The notes beneath the pieces are model-generated. The model worked only from the letters and a program-made list of their open reading frames with translations. It searched no databases and was not told the DNA's origin. 64,000 nt of DNA from Chloroflexi bacterium OHK40. Its GTDB lineage: Bacteria > Chloroflexota > Chloroflexia > Chloroflexales > Chloroflexaceae. Each line of letters starts with the position of its first letter. Position 1 is the stretch's first letter. The stretch is from NCBI GenBank assembly GCA_004367505.1, contig SFCB01000064.1:692-64691 (forward strand), written 5' to 3'. Of the stretch, positions 19,172 through 27,434 are shown one piece after another. The translations under genes and the position numbers were made by a program.

Positions 19172-20260
19172 ATGCCACGACACCCGCTGCTCCCGACGAT
19201 CGAGGCGCTGCTCGACCCGGCAACGCTGAGCGCTCTGGCGGGCCAGCCCGTGGCCACCGTGCGCTGCACGCCGCTGACGCCTGAGTTTGCCAAATCGGGC
19301 AGCCGGCTCGTGCGCGTGGAGGCCGACCCACCCGGCGGGCCGCGTTTTGTGCTCAAGCGGGTGGCTCCAGAGCGCGACTGGTTGATGCGCGCCACCGCCG
19401 ATACCCGCTGCCGCTCGGTGACGCTCTGGAGCCATGGCCTGCTCGACCGGTTGCCGCCGCAGATTGCGCCGATGGTGCTCGCCTGCGCCCACGATGGCGC
19501 CGGCGCCGCCATTCTGATGCACGATGTCGGCCCGGCGATGCTTACCAATACGCGCTACAGCCCGCGTGCGAACCGGCTGACCATCGAGGCGATGGCCGCC
19601 ATGCACGCGGCCTTTCTCGATGATCCCGCCCTCACCGACCCCGAGCTCGGGCTCTGCGGGCTTGAGCAGGTTTATACGATGTTCGCCCCGGCCACCGCCC
19701 GCCGCGAGTTGCCCGCTGGCGACGAGTTGCCGCCCCTCATCCTCGAGGGCTGGGAGCGGGTGGGCGAGCTGATCGATGCCGGGCTTGCCAGGGCGCTGCT
19801 GGCCCTCGCCGACGACCCGGCGCCCCTCTGTGCCGCGCTGCGTCGCTTCCCGCGGACCCTCATCCACGGTGACTGGCGCCACGCCAACCAGGGTCTCACC
19901 GAGGGCCCCGGCGCGCCGCCCCGCGTGATCCTGCTGGACTGGCAACTCGCCGCCGTGGGACCACCGGCGGTTGAGCTGGGGCGCTATCTGGGCGCCAACT
20001 CGGCATTGCTCCCGGCCACAAAAGAGCACGTGCTCGATGACTATCGGCGCCAGCTCGGCGCCAGGATCGGGCCGCGCCTGGAGGAGGGCTGGTGGCGGCC
20101 CCAGTTGGAACTTGCCCTGCTCGGCGGCTTTGTCCAGGACGCCTGGGCCATCGCGCTGAAGGCCACAACCTGGCGGGTCGGGGCTGATGCCCGCGACCAC
20201 TGGCGGGCCGACCTGGCCTGGTGGTCGGCCCGCGCGCGTGAGGGCCTTGGCCACCTCTGA
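19172..20260 (+). CDS. APH/choline-kinase-fold phosphotransferase (putative sugar or small-molecule kinase)
   Basis: The ATG lies 2 nt after the GH4 stop. It has the Brenner catalytic motif LIHGDWRHANQG and a downstream ILLDWQ (DxD-like) block. Confidence 0.7.
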   Translation: MPRHPLLPTIEALLDPATLSALAGQPVATVRCTPLTPEFAKSGSRLVRVEADPPGGPRFVLKRVAPERDWLMRATADTRCRSVTLWSHGLLDRLPPQIAPMVLACAHDGAGAAILMHDVGPAMLTNTRYSPRANRLTIEAMAAMHAAFLDDPALTDPELGLCGLEQVYTMFAPATARRELPAGDELPPLILEGWERVGELIDAGLARALLALADDPAPLCAALRRFPRTLIHGDWRHANQGLTEGPGAPPRVILLDWQLAAVGPPAVELGRYLGANSALLPATKEHVLDDYRRQLGARIGPRLEEGWWRPQLELALLGGFVQDAWAIALKATTWRVGADARDHWRADLAWWSARAREGLGHL

Positions 20261-20329
20261 ACGCGACATCCCGAGGGACGGGCGCGCCGCGCCTGTCGTC
20301 GCTCTTCCAACCCCAAGCGAGGCGCCCCT

Positions 20330-21709
20330 ATGAGCTCAGAGCACCGGCCACCGATCGTCGCCCTGGCGTCGATCGCCCGGCCAACCTTCGATCTCCCGCT
20401 GGCCCGGGCGACGGCGGAGCAGGCGGCGGCAGCTATCGGCGCGGCTGGCCTGGCGCTCGCCGGGCCGGGGAGCGAGTTGCTGGTGGATAGCGGCGGGGCG
20501 GAACAGGCGCTGGCCGCGCTGCGCGACCAGCCCTTCGATCTGCTCGTGCTGTTGCAGGCAAGCTTCGCCGACAGCACGATCGCGGTACGTGCCGCCACCC
20601 TGGCTCAGGAGGCCGGCCTCCCGCTGCTCCTCTGGGCCGTGCCCGAGGCCCGCACCGGCGAGCGCCTCCGCCTCAATAGCCTCTGCGGGATCAATCTGGC
20701 CGGCCACGCGCTGACGGTGCGAGGCATCGCCTATGACTATCTGCTCGCCCCGCCCGATGAGCCGGCGGCCATCGCGCGGATCGCCACGCTGGCTCGGGCG
20801 GGCGCGGCCCGCCGCGCCCTGAGCGGCGCTCGCATCGGCGTTGTCGGGCAACACCCCGAGGGCTTCGAGCCCTGCGCCTACGACGCGGGCGAGCTCGCGG
20901 CGATCTTTGGAGCAGCCGTGGTGCCGATCGAGCTCGGCGCGGCCCTGGCGCGGGCCCGTGATGTGGGCGCGGCGCCCCGCGAGGCCTTCGTTGCCCGCGC
21001 CGCAGCCCACGCCCCCAACCTCACCGAGCTCGACCGCGCGGCCGTCTATGGTACGGCAGGCGTCTACGCGGCGCTGCGCGCCTATGCCGACGAGCAGCGC
21101 CTGGACGGAGTGGCGGTGCGCTGCTGGCCCGAGTACTTCACCGAGTTGGGGTGTGCCGCCTGCGGTGCGATGAGCATGCTCAACGATGAGTGTACCCCGG
21201 CGAGCTGCGAAGCCGACGTGCATGGGACCCTCACGCTGGTGCTGCTGCGGGCGCTCAGCGGCGCGCCAGCCTTCATCGCCGACCTGGTCTCCGTTGATGT
21301 GGCGAGCGACACGGCGGCGCTCTGGCACTGCGGGCTGGCGCCGCCGAGCATGGCCGATCCGGAGGCCGGTGTCCGTGGCGCGCTCCACTCGAACCGGCGG
21401 CTCCCGCTCCTCTTCGAGTTTCCGCTCCGACCCGGCAGGGTGACGCTCGCGCGGATCAGCCGGACGCGCTGGACAGCGGGGCGCGCGGGCTACCGGCTGG
21501 TGATCGGCGGCGGCGAGATGCTGCGAGCGCCCCGCAGCTTCAGCGGTACCACAGGGGTGATCCGCTTCGACCGGCCCGCCGGGGAAGTGCTCGACACGGT
21601 GATGGGGGCCGGCCTGGAGCATCACCTCTGCCTGGTCTACGGCGACTACCGCGCCGAGTTGCGTAGCCTGGCGCGCCTGGTGGGCCTGGAGTTGCTGGAG
21701 CTCTGCTGA
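20330..21709 (+). CDS. L-fucose/L-arabinose isomerase superfamily protein
   Basis: The blocks [16 protein letters not shown] and [39 protein letters not shown] resemble the conserved cores of COG2407-type isomerases. Confidence 0.65.
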   Translation: MSSEHRPPIVALASIARPTFDLPLARATAEQAAAAIGAAGLALAGPGSELLVDSGGAEQALAALRDQPFDLLVLLQASFADSTIAVRAATLAQEAGLPLLLWAVPEARTGERLRLNSLCGINLAGHALTVRGIAYDYLLAPPDEPAAIARIATLARAGAARRALSGARIGVVGQHPEGFEPCAYDAGELAAIFGAAVVPIELGAALARARDVGAAPREAFVARAAAHAPNLTELDRAAVYGTAGVYAALRAYADEQRLDGVAVRCWPEYFTELGCAACGAMSMLNDECTPASCEADVHGTLTLVLLRALSGAPAFIADLVSVDVASDTAALWHCGLAPPSMADPEAGVRGALHSNRRLPLLFEFPLRPGRVTLARISRTRWTAGRAGYRLVIGGGEMLRAPRSFSGTTGVIRFDRPAGEVLDTVMGAGLEHHLCLVYGDYRAELRSLARLVGLELLELC

Positions 21710-21788
21710 GGCGGCGCTCCCGCGAGCTGCGGCTCGTATGCTGGAGGGGCGTCGCGCGGAGGGACGCGGCACGCTGCGTCTAAAGCAT

Positions 21789-22514
21789 ATGAGGATTCTG
21801 GAACGTGGCGCGGCAGGGAGGGCCGGAAGGACGCGACACGGCGCGTCTGAACTGGGGAGCGCCCACCGCGCCATCAGTGAGCTGATTGTTGCCGGCCAGC
21901 TCAGGCCCGGTGAGCCGGTGCGTGTCGAGCGGCTCGCGGCACGGCTCGGGCTGGCCCCGGCTCCGGTGCGCGAGGCGTTGGCGCGGCTGGTCGATGAGGG
22001 CCTGATCGTCGAGCTCCCTGGCGGCGAGGCCCGCGTCGTGGAGCTGGATGAGCGCTATGTGCGGGATGTCTTCCTGGTGCGGAGCGGGCTTGAAGGTCTC
22101 TGCGTCGAGCTGGCCACGCCCCGGATCGCGCCCGACGACCTGGCGGGCCTCGTGGCGATGCTTGAGCGCACCGGCGCCGCGCTGGCCCGAGGCGACCCGG
22201 AGGCCTACGGGCGCGCCGACGCCGCGCTGCACCGACTGGTCACTGCGGCCGCCGACAATCGCATCCTGCTGGCCGAGCTGTGCGCGCTGCAGCCCCACGT
22301 TGATCTGATCCGCACTTACACCCAGCGCGGCCAGGGCACCCATCTGCCCGCCTCGCACGGCGAGCACCTGGCGATTGTCGCCGCGCTGCAGCGGCGCGAC
22401 GCGGCGGCCGCCCGGCAGTGCATGGAGCGCCACATCCGCGCCGCCGGTGAGCGAACCCTGCGCTTGCTCGCGCGAACCGCTGGCCCGGCTGCGTGGCGGA
22501 GGGCGACGCTGTGA
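21789..22514 (+). CDS. GntR-family transcriptional regulator with FadR/FCD-type C-terminal domain
   Basis: HTH region AISELIVAGQLRPGEPVRVERLAARLGLAPAPVREALARLVDEGLIV, then a helical FCD-like domain (HLAIVAALQRRDAAAARQCMERHI). The start is uncertain (21738 or 21789). Confidence 0.75.
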   Translation: MRILERGAAGRAGRTRHGASELGSAHRAISELIVAGQLRPGEPVRVERLAARLGLAPAPVREALARLVDEGLIVELPGGEARVVELDERYVRDVFLVRSGLEGLCVELATPRIAPDDLAGLVAMLERTGAALARGDPEAYGRADAALHRLVTAAADNRILLAELCALQPHVDLIRTYTQRGQGTHLPASHGEHLAIVAALQRRDAAAARQCMERHIRAAGERTLRLLARTAGPAAWRRATL

Positions 22515-24118
22515 GCGGGCGGCCTGCGGTGCTCCTCGCCGACGAGGCCCGGGCTGGCTTGCGCCAGGGCTTTGAGCAGCTGGCCGCGCTGCTCGCACTC
22601 ACGCTCGGCCCTACCCAGGGCGGCGTGCTGGCCAGCCGCGAGGTGGGCCGGCCCGTGGAGGCGCTGAGCAGCGCGGCGACGATCGCGCGGCGCTTTCTGA
22701 GCCTGCCCGACCCCGCCCAGAGCGCGGGCGCCATGCTGCTGCGCAATATGGTCTGGCGCGTCCACGAGGCCGTCGGCGATGGCTGCGCCACCGCGGCGGT
22801 CCTGGCCCGCGCGCTGGTTGCCGAGGGCACGCGCTCCATGGCGGCGGGCATTCACCCGGAGGCCCTGCGGCAGGGGATCGAGGCGGGCGCTGGCGCCGCC
22901 CTGGGCGTGCTGCGGCGCCTGGCGCTGCCGGCAGCCGGCGAGGAGGTGTTGGAGGCGGTGGCCCGTGGCGTTGTGGGCGATGAGCGCCTGGCCGCCGTGC
23001 TCGCCGAGATCTTTGCGCTGCTCGGCGAGGCGGCCTTTGTCGAGATCGAGGACTACGTCGCGCCCTACCTGGAGCGGGAGTACGTGAGCGGTGGGCGCTG
23101 GCAGGCCCGCCTGGCCTCGCCCTACCTGATCACCGATGAGCCACGGCAGCGGGCCGTGCATCACGATTGCGCGCTGGCCCTGTTCGCAGGCGAGGTGACG
23201 GAGCTCGCCGAGGTGCGCCCGCTGCTTGAGCTCGTGGCCGCGCAGGGTCGCCAGCGTCTGCTCCTGGTAGCCCACCGTGTTGCGGGTGAGGCGCTGGCCG
23301 CTTTTGTGCTCAACCATCGGCAGGGCCAGCTGGCGCTCTGCGCCGCTGAGTTGAGCCGTGTTGGTGCGCAGCGAGAAGCCGACCTCGACGACCTCGCCGC
23401 CCTGTGTGGGGCCCGGGTGTATGGCCCGCTGTCGGGGCGCCTGGCAACGGTGACGGCCGCAGGGCTCGGGAGTGCGCGGCGCGTCGAAGCCGGCCCTGGC
23501 GAACTGGTCGTTATCTGCGATCAGGGCGGCCAGGCGCGCCCCGGACGCATCGCCGAGCTGCGCGCCCGGCTTCGGGCCAGCCCGCCCCCGGCGGCCGACG
23601 AGGGCCGGGAGCTCCAGGCCCGCCTGGCGCGGATGGCCGGGGCGACCGTGCGGCTCAAGCTCGGCGCCCTGCATGCCATCGAGCGGGAGCAGCTGCGCCA
23701 GCAGGCCGAGCGCGGCGTGCGAGCGGTGCGGCTCGCCCTCGCCGAGGGTGTGGTGCCCGGTGGCGGCGCTGCCTTCCTTGCGGGCGTCGATGCCGCGCTT
23801 GCCGCCCCCGTGGCCGGCGACGCGATCTACGGCGCGCGGGCGGTTGCCTCGGCCCTGCGCGCGCCGGCTCAGCAGATCATCGCCAACAGCGGGCGCCGTG
23901 ATGGGCCCGCGCTGCTCGCCGAGATCGGCCGCCGCCCCCCCGGCTGGGGCTACGACGCGCTGCGCGGCCAGGTGGTGGACCTCGCCGAGGCCGGGGTGCT
24001 CGACGCGGCGGCGGTTGCGCACGCCGCCCTTCAGGCCGCCACAAGCGCCGCCGTGATGTTCCTCACCACCGATGCGGTTGTGCTCAAGCGCAACCCACAG
24101 TTGAGTTTCGAGCCATGA
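22511..24118 (+). CDS. Divergent Cpn60/GroEL-family protein, no GroES partner, no GGM tail
   Basis: The GTG at 22511 follows GGAGGG and overlaps the GntR stop (GTGA). GroEL-like blocks are present: LTLGPTQGGV, VGDGCATAAVLARAL, AEGVVPGGGAAF, AGVLDAAAV. Several nucleotide-pocket positions look substituted. Confidence 0.75.
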   Translation: MSGRPAVLLADEARAGLRQGFEQLAALLALTLGPTQGGVLASREVGRPVEALSSAATIARRFLSLPDPAQSAGAMLLRNMVWRVHEAVGDGCATAAVLARALVAEGTRSMAAGIHPEALRQGIEAGAGAALGVLRRLALPAAGEEVLEAVARGVVGDERLAAVLAEIFALLGEAAFVEIEDYVAPYLEREYVSGGRWQARLASPYLITDEPRQRAVHHDCALALFAGEVTELAEVRPLLELVAAQGRQRLLLVAHRVAGEALAAFVLNHRQGQLALCAAELSRVGAQREADLDDLAALCGARVYGPLSGRLATVTAAGLGSARRVEAGPGELVVICDQGGQARPGRIAELRARLRASPPPAADEGRELQARLARMAGATVRLKLGALHAIEREQLRQQAERGVRAVRLALAEGVVPGGGAAFLAGVDAALAAPVAGDAIYGARAVASALRAPAQQIIANSGRRDGPALLAEIGRRPPGWGYDALRGQVVDLAEAGVLDAAAVAHAALQAATSAAVMFLTTDAVVLKRNPQLSFEP

Positions 24119-25863
24119 TGCCGCACCTCATCGCCCCTGGTGGCACGGTCTACGACCTTGCTGTAGATCATGCGGGCCACTGGTGGTTGGCCACCGAGGC
24201 GGGCCTCTGGTCGGGCCGCCCCGGCCACTGGGAGCCGGTCGCCGATCTGCCGCTTCCACGGGTCGCCGCTGTGGCCCTGCTTGAGCCAGAGCGCAGCGTG
24301 AGCGCCGGGCTGCTCATTGGCGGCGCGGGGATCGCCTGGAGCCGCGATGGTGGTGCGACCTGGGTGGTGGCCCCTACCGATGGGAGCGACGCACCAGTAA
24401 CCTGCCTGGCCGTTGCGCCCGCGCGCGACGGCCAGCGTACGGTGCTGGCGGGCACGAATGGTAGCGGCGTGCTCCGCTCCACCGACGGCGGGCGCAGTTG
24501 GCGGCTCAGCAGCGCCGGGCTTGAGGAGTTTGTCGTGCTGGCGCTGGCTGTGGCGCCCGTCTGGGGGCGCCGCGAAGAGGTCTTCGCCCTCACGACCGGG
24601 GGCCTCTACCGCTCACCCAACGGCGGGCGCTACTGGCAGCGTGTGCTCGACTGCTTGGACGGTCCGGTTCTGCAGGCCCTGGCCTTGAGCACCAGCTATG
24701 CCGAGGACCAGGTGGTGTACGCCGGGGGTGAGCCCACGGGCGTGTGGCGCTCGGACGACGGGGGGCGCAGCTGGCACGCGCTGGCATCCGGTCCCGGCGG
24801 TATCAACTGCCTGCTCGCCCTGGCGGGAGCCACGCCCACCCTGCTGGCCGGCACGGTTGATGGCGCGATCTGGCGGAGCGCTGATGGCGGCGCCAGCTGG
24901 ACCAGGGAGGTCGCGCAGAGCGGTTCGATCCTGACCCTGGGGCAGCATGGAAATATGCTCCTCGCAGGCGCCCATGGCACCGGGCTCCTTCACTCGGCGG
25001 GCGCCGGGCGCTGGCAGGTTGAGCCGGAGCTGGCTCTGCGCGACCTGACCAGGCTCGCCCAGGGTGGCGGGGGCGACCTGCTCGCGTACGGTCCTGGTGG
25101 CGGCCTCTGGCACGAGCGTGGCGGGAGCTGGCGCCAGCTCATCCCCGGCGATCTGCACGGCCCCATCGCGTGCCTGCTCGCGCTCGGCGGCGGTGCCCTG
25201 CTGATCGGCACGCTGCGGGAGCTGCTCGCGATCGCGCCGGCCGGCGAGCCCGCCGTGCTGGGGGCGCCGGGCGATGCCGCCGTCACGGCGCTGGCGCGGC
25301 AGGGCGCCACCCTCTGGCTGGGCGACGCCGGCGGACGGATCTGGCGGCGGGAGGGGGGCGCTCAGCGCTGGGAGCTCGAGCTGGCACTAGCCGGGGCTCC
25401 CGTGGTGGTGAGCCTGGCCGCAACCGCAGGCACCGGGGCGGGGTTGCTCGCAGCCGCCTGGTTCGAGCGGGCCAGTCGCATCCAGCTCTGGCGCCGGGAG
25501 CTGCGGGGAGGCCCGTGGGGGCTCTGGCTGGAAGCCCCGAGTCCCTGGGCGCGAGTTGCGCTGAGCGCGGGTGAGCTGGTACTGGTGGGTACTGGCCCGC
25601 AGCTCTGGCACAGCACTGGGGCGGGCTGGGAAGCGCGCGAGCTGGACGGCCGGCCGGTTGTCGCTGTCTGCCGTGATCTTGCCCGTAGCACCGATCTGGC
25701 GGCCACCACCGGCGCGATCTACCGCCGCCGCGAGGGCCTGGAGTGGGAGCGGCTCCCCCTCGCCACGCCCTCGGGCGGCCTGCTCGACCTACTGGCGCTG
25801 CCCGGCGGACGCCTCGTGGGCCTCGGCCGTGGCGGCGTTCTGGTGGAATACGAACTCCTGTGA
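24115..25863 (+). CDS. BNR/Asp-box repeat beta-propeller protein (Ycf48/sialidase-like fold), cytosolic
   Basis: ATGA start/stop overlap with the upstream gene. Repeated S-x-D-G-G-x-x-W boxes: SRDGGATW, STDGGRSW, SPNGGRYW, SDDGGRSW, SADGGASW. There is no signal peptide. Confidence 0.8.
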   Translation: MMPHLIAPGGTVYDLAVDHAGHWWLATEAGLWSGRPGHWEPVADLPLPRVAAVALLEPERSVSAGLLIGGAGIAWSRDGGATWVVAPTDGSDAPVTCLAVAPARDGQRTVLAGTNGSGVLRSTDGGRSWRLSSAGLEEFVVLALAVAPVWGRREEVFALTTGGLYRSPNGGRYWQRVLDCLDGPVLQALALSTSYAEDQVVYAGGEPTGVWRSDDGGRSWHALASGPGGINCLLALAGATPTLLAGTVDGAIWRSADGGASWTREVAQSGSILTLGQHGNMLLAGAHGTGLLHSAGAGRWQVEPELALRDLTRLAQGGGGDLLAYGPGGGLWHERGGSWRQLIPGDLHGPIACLLALGGGALLIGTLRELLAIAPAGEPAVLGAPGDAAVTALARQGATLWLGDAGGRIWRREGGAQRWELELALAGAPVVVSLAATAGTGAGLLAAAWFERASRIQLWRRELRGGPWGLWLEAPSPWARVALSAGELVLVGTGPQLWHSTGAGWEARELDGRPVVAVCRDLARSTDLAATTGAIYRRREGLEWERLPLATPSGGLLDLLALPGGRLVGLGRGGVLVEYELL

Positions 25864-25980
25864 GGCGCGCACAAGGGCCGCGAACCAGGAACCGGAGCAC
25901 CGTAAGCGGCAGACACGGTGGGATGGCGCTAGGACACGGCATGCCGCCAGTTACCTGTGAAACATGAGTTGCAACATCCT

Positions 25981-25996
25981 GTTTCAATAGTGAAAC
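25981..25996. promoter_or_regulatory. Perfect dyad GTTTCA-N4-TGAAAC upstream of the glpF promoter (candidate transcription-factor site)
   Basis: GTTTCAATAGTGAAAC, with a third TGAAAC half-site about 19 nt upstream. The dyad is centred about 75 nt upstream of the predicted transcription start. Confidence 0.4.
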
Positions 25997-26027
25997 AAAA
26001 CCAACTGTCTAAAAGCCGTGCAGGATC

Positions 26028-26056
26028 TTGACGCCACGGGGACACGCTGTTATGAT
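26028..26056 (+). promoter_or_regulatory. Strong sigma-70-type promoter upstream of the glycerol/DHA operon
   Basis: TTGACG (26028-26033), exact 17-nt spacer, TATGAT (26051-26056) with an upstream TGT (extended -10). Confidence 0.6.
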
Positions 26057-26062
26057 GGCATC

Positions 26063-26586
26063 ACAGCGGTGGTGATAGCATATAGACGGAAGTAGGCCGC
26101 AGCGCAATGAGGCTGTGCGGCTCCCGCTATAGGTATTCCTGCCGGTTGCTCCTACCCTGGACACACCAGTGTACACAGCTGCTCAACGGTGAGGGGCACT
26201 CCTCGCAACACTGGCCACGCCCCGTAGCACAGGCATAAGTTATTCTTTGCGCACTCTCGCGCCCGCGCTAGCGCGCCCCGGTGCCGGATGGGCCTGCCAT
26301 GCCCCTGGTGCCTCGTGGGCCGTGCGCGTGCCAGGTATGCCTTGGACGCCGAGAGGAGGTGAGAGCCCCGACGACGCGTGCCACGTAAACGTCTCGCTGA
26401 TGCAGCACACAACAAGGTATGGCCGTGCTCGCGCCGCGCCAGGCTGCGCGGCAGGTGGCTGCCACGCATGCGGACTGCTCCCGTCCGTGAGGTGATGGTC
26501 GCCGCCGTTCAACGGAATGAACACATCAAGGACGATGCCGGCGGGTCCAAGCTTCCGCTTCTGTGTGTTGTCAGGAGGTTACCCCT
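26063..26586 (+). other. Non-coding leader of about 520 nt between the promoter and glpF; candidate cis-regulatory or structured RNA
   Basis: No ORF with coding-like composition or a ribosome-binding site on either strand. It contains several GC stems, for example GCCGCAGC...GCTGTGCGGC (from about 26096), the palindrome CGCGCTAGCGCG (about 26265), and GCCGCGC-CAGGCT-GCGCGGC (about 26434-26453). Confidence 0.3.
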
Positions 26587-27327
26587 ATGCCCAGCTCCTT
26601 CTTGGGCGAGCTCTTCGGCACGCTGGTTCTGATTCTCCTCGGCGATGGCGTTGTGGCCGCCGTCCTGCTGAATCGGTCGAAAGCGCAAAATTCGGGCTGG
26701 ATTGTCATCACGGCCGGCTGGGCCTTCGCCGTGCTCTGCGGTGTCTTTACCGCAGCCGCCCTTGGCAGCCCGGGCGCCGACCTTAATCCGGCCGTAACGA
26801 TCGCCGCGATGCTGCGCGGCGCCTACGATCCGACGACGGCGATCTTTCATATCGTCGCGCAGCTGATCGGCGCCTTCATTGGCGCGATCCTCGTCTGGCT
26901 GCACTATATGCCCCACTGGGCCGAGACGAACGACGCTGGCCTGAAGCTGGCTGTCTTCAGCACCGGTCCCGCCATCCGCAACACCGGTACAAACCTGATC
27001 AGCGAGATCATCGGCACCTTCGTGCTGGTCTTCGTGATCTTCTGCATCTTTGCGGCCAATGGCGCCACCAGCGGGAGCCCCGCCTCTGGCCTTGGCCCCT
27101 ACCTGGTGGCCTGCCTCGTCTGGGGCATCGGCCTCTCGCTCGGTGGCCCCACTGGCTACGCGATCAACCCGGCCCGCGATCTTGGTCCCCGCATCGCGCA
27201 CGCCATCCTGCCCATCCCCGGCAAGGGCGACTCCGACTGGGGCTATTCGTGGATCCCCGTGGTTGGCCCGCTGATCGGCGGCATCATCGCCGCGCTGCTC
27301 GCCAACGCCCTGATCCCCACTGCCTAA
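26587..27327 (+). CDS. glpF: Aquaglyceroporin / glycerol uptake facilitator (MIP family)
   Basis: The ATG at 26587 follows AGGAGG. Two NPA boxes (DLNPAVT, AINPARD) and a six-TM profile. Confidence 0.92.
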   Translation: MPSSFLGELFGTLVLILLGDGVVAAVLLNRSKAQNSGWIVITAGWAFAVLCGVFTAAALGSPGADLNPAVTIAAMLRGAYDPTTAIFHIVAQLIGAFIGAILVWLHYMPHWAETNDAGLKLAVFSTGPAIRNTGTNLISEIIGTFVLVFVIFCIFAANGATSGSPASGLGPYLVACLVWGIGLSLGGPTGYAINPARDLGPRIAHAILPIPGKGDSDWGYSWIPVVGPLIGGIIAALLANALIPTA

Positions 27328-27334
27328 ACCGCGC

Positions 27335-27365
27335 GCGCCCGGAGCCCCACGCAGGCTCCGGGCGC
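27335..27365 (+). other. Perfect 12-bp stem-loop between glpF and dhaK
   Basis: GCGCCCGGAGCC-ccacgca-GGCTCCGGGCGC. No U-tract follows, so it is not a classic intrinsic terminator. It may be an mRNA processing or stability element, or a partial attenuator. Confidence 0.4.
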
Positions 27366-27434
27366 ACCATGACAAGGTGTGCGTGAGCCCCTGGCGCAGG
27401 GGTGCTCGCACAGTGTACCAACGGAGGAGAAGCA

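Noticed and set aside
26288-26362. A mini-ORF, MGLPCPWCLVGRARARYALDAERR, with a CxxC motif inside the leader.
   Set aside because: It has no Shine-Dalgarno sequence upstream, is only 24 codons long, and sits in a GC-rich stretch where such ORFs arise by chance. Nothing supports translation.
26063-26586. A known RNA family in the glpF leader (RNase P RNA, tmRNA, SRP/4.5S, 6S, cobalamin or other common riboswitches).
   Set aside because: I could not find GAGGAAAGUCC-type (RNase P), tRNA-like-end (tmRNA), SRP domain IV or B12-box consensus strings. It is kept only as an unclassified candidate pending a covariance-model search.
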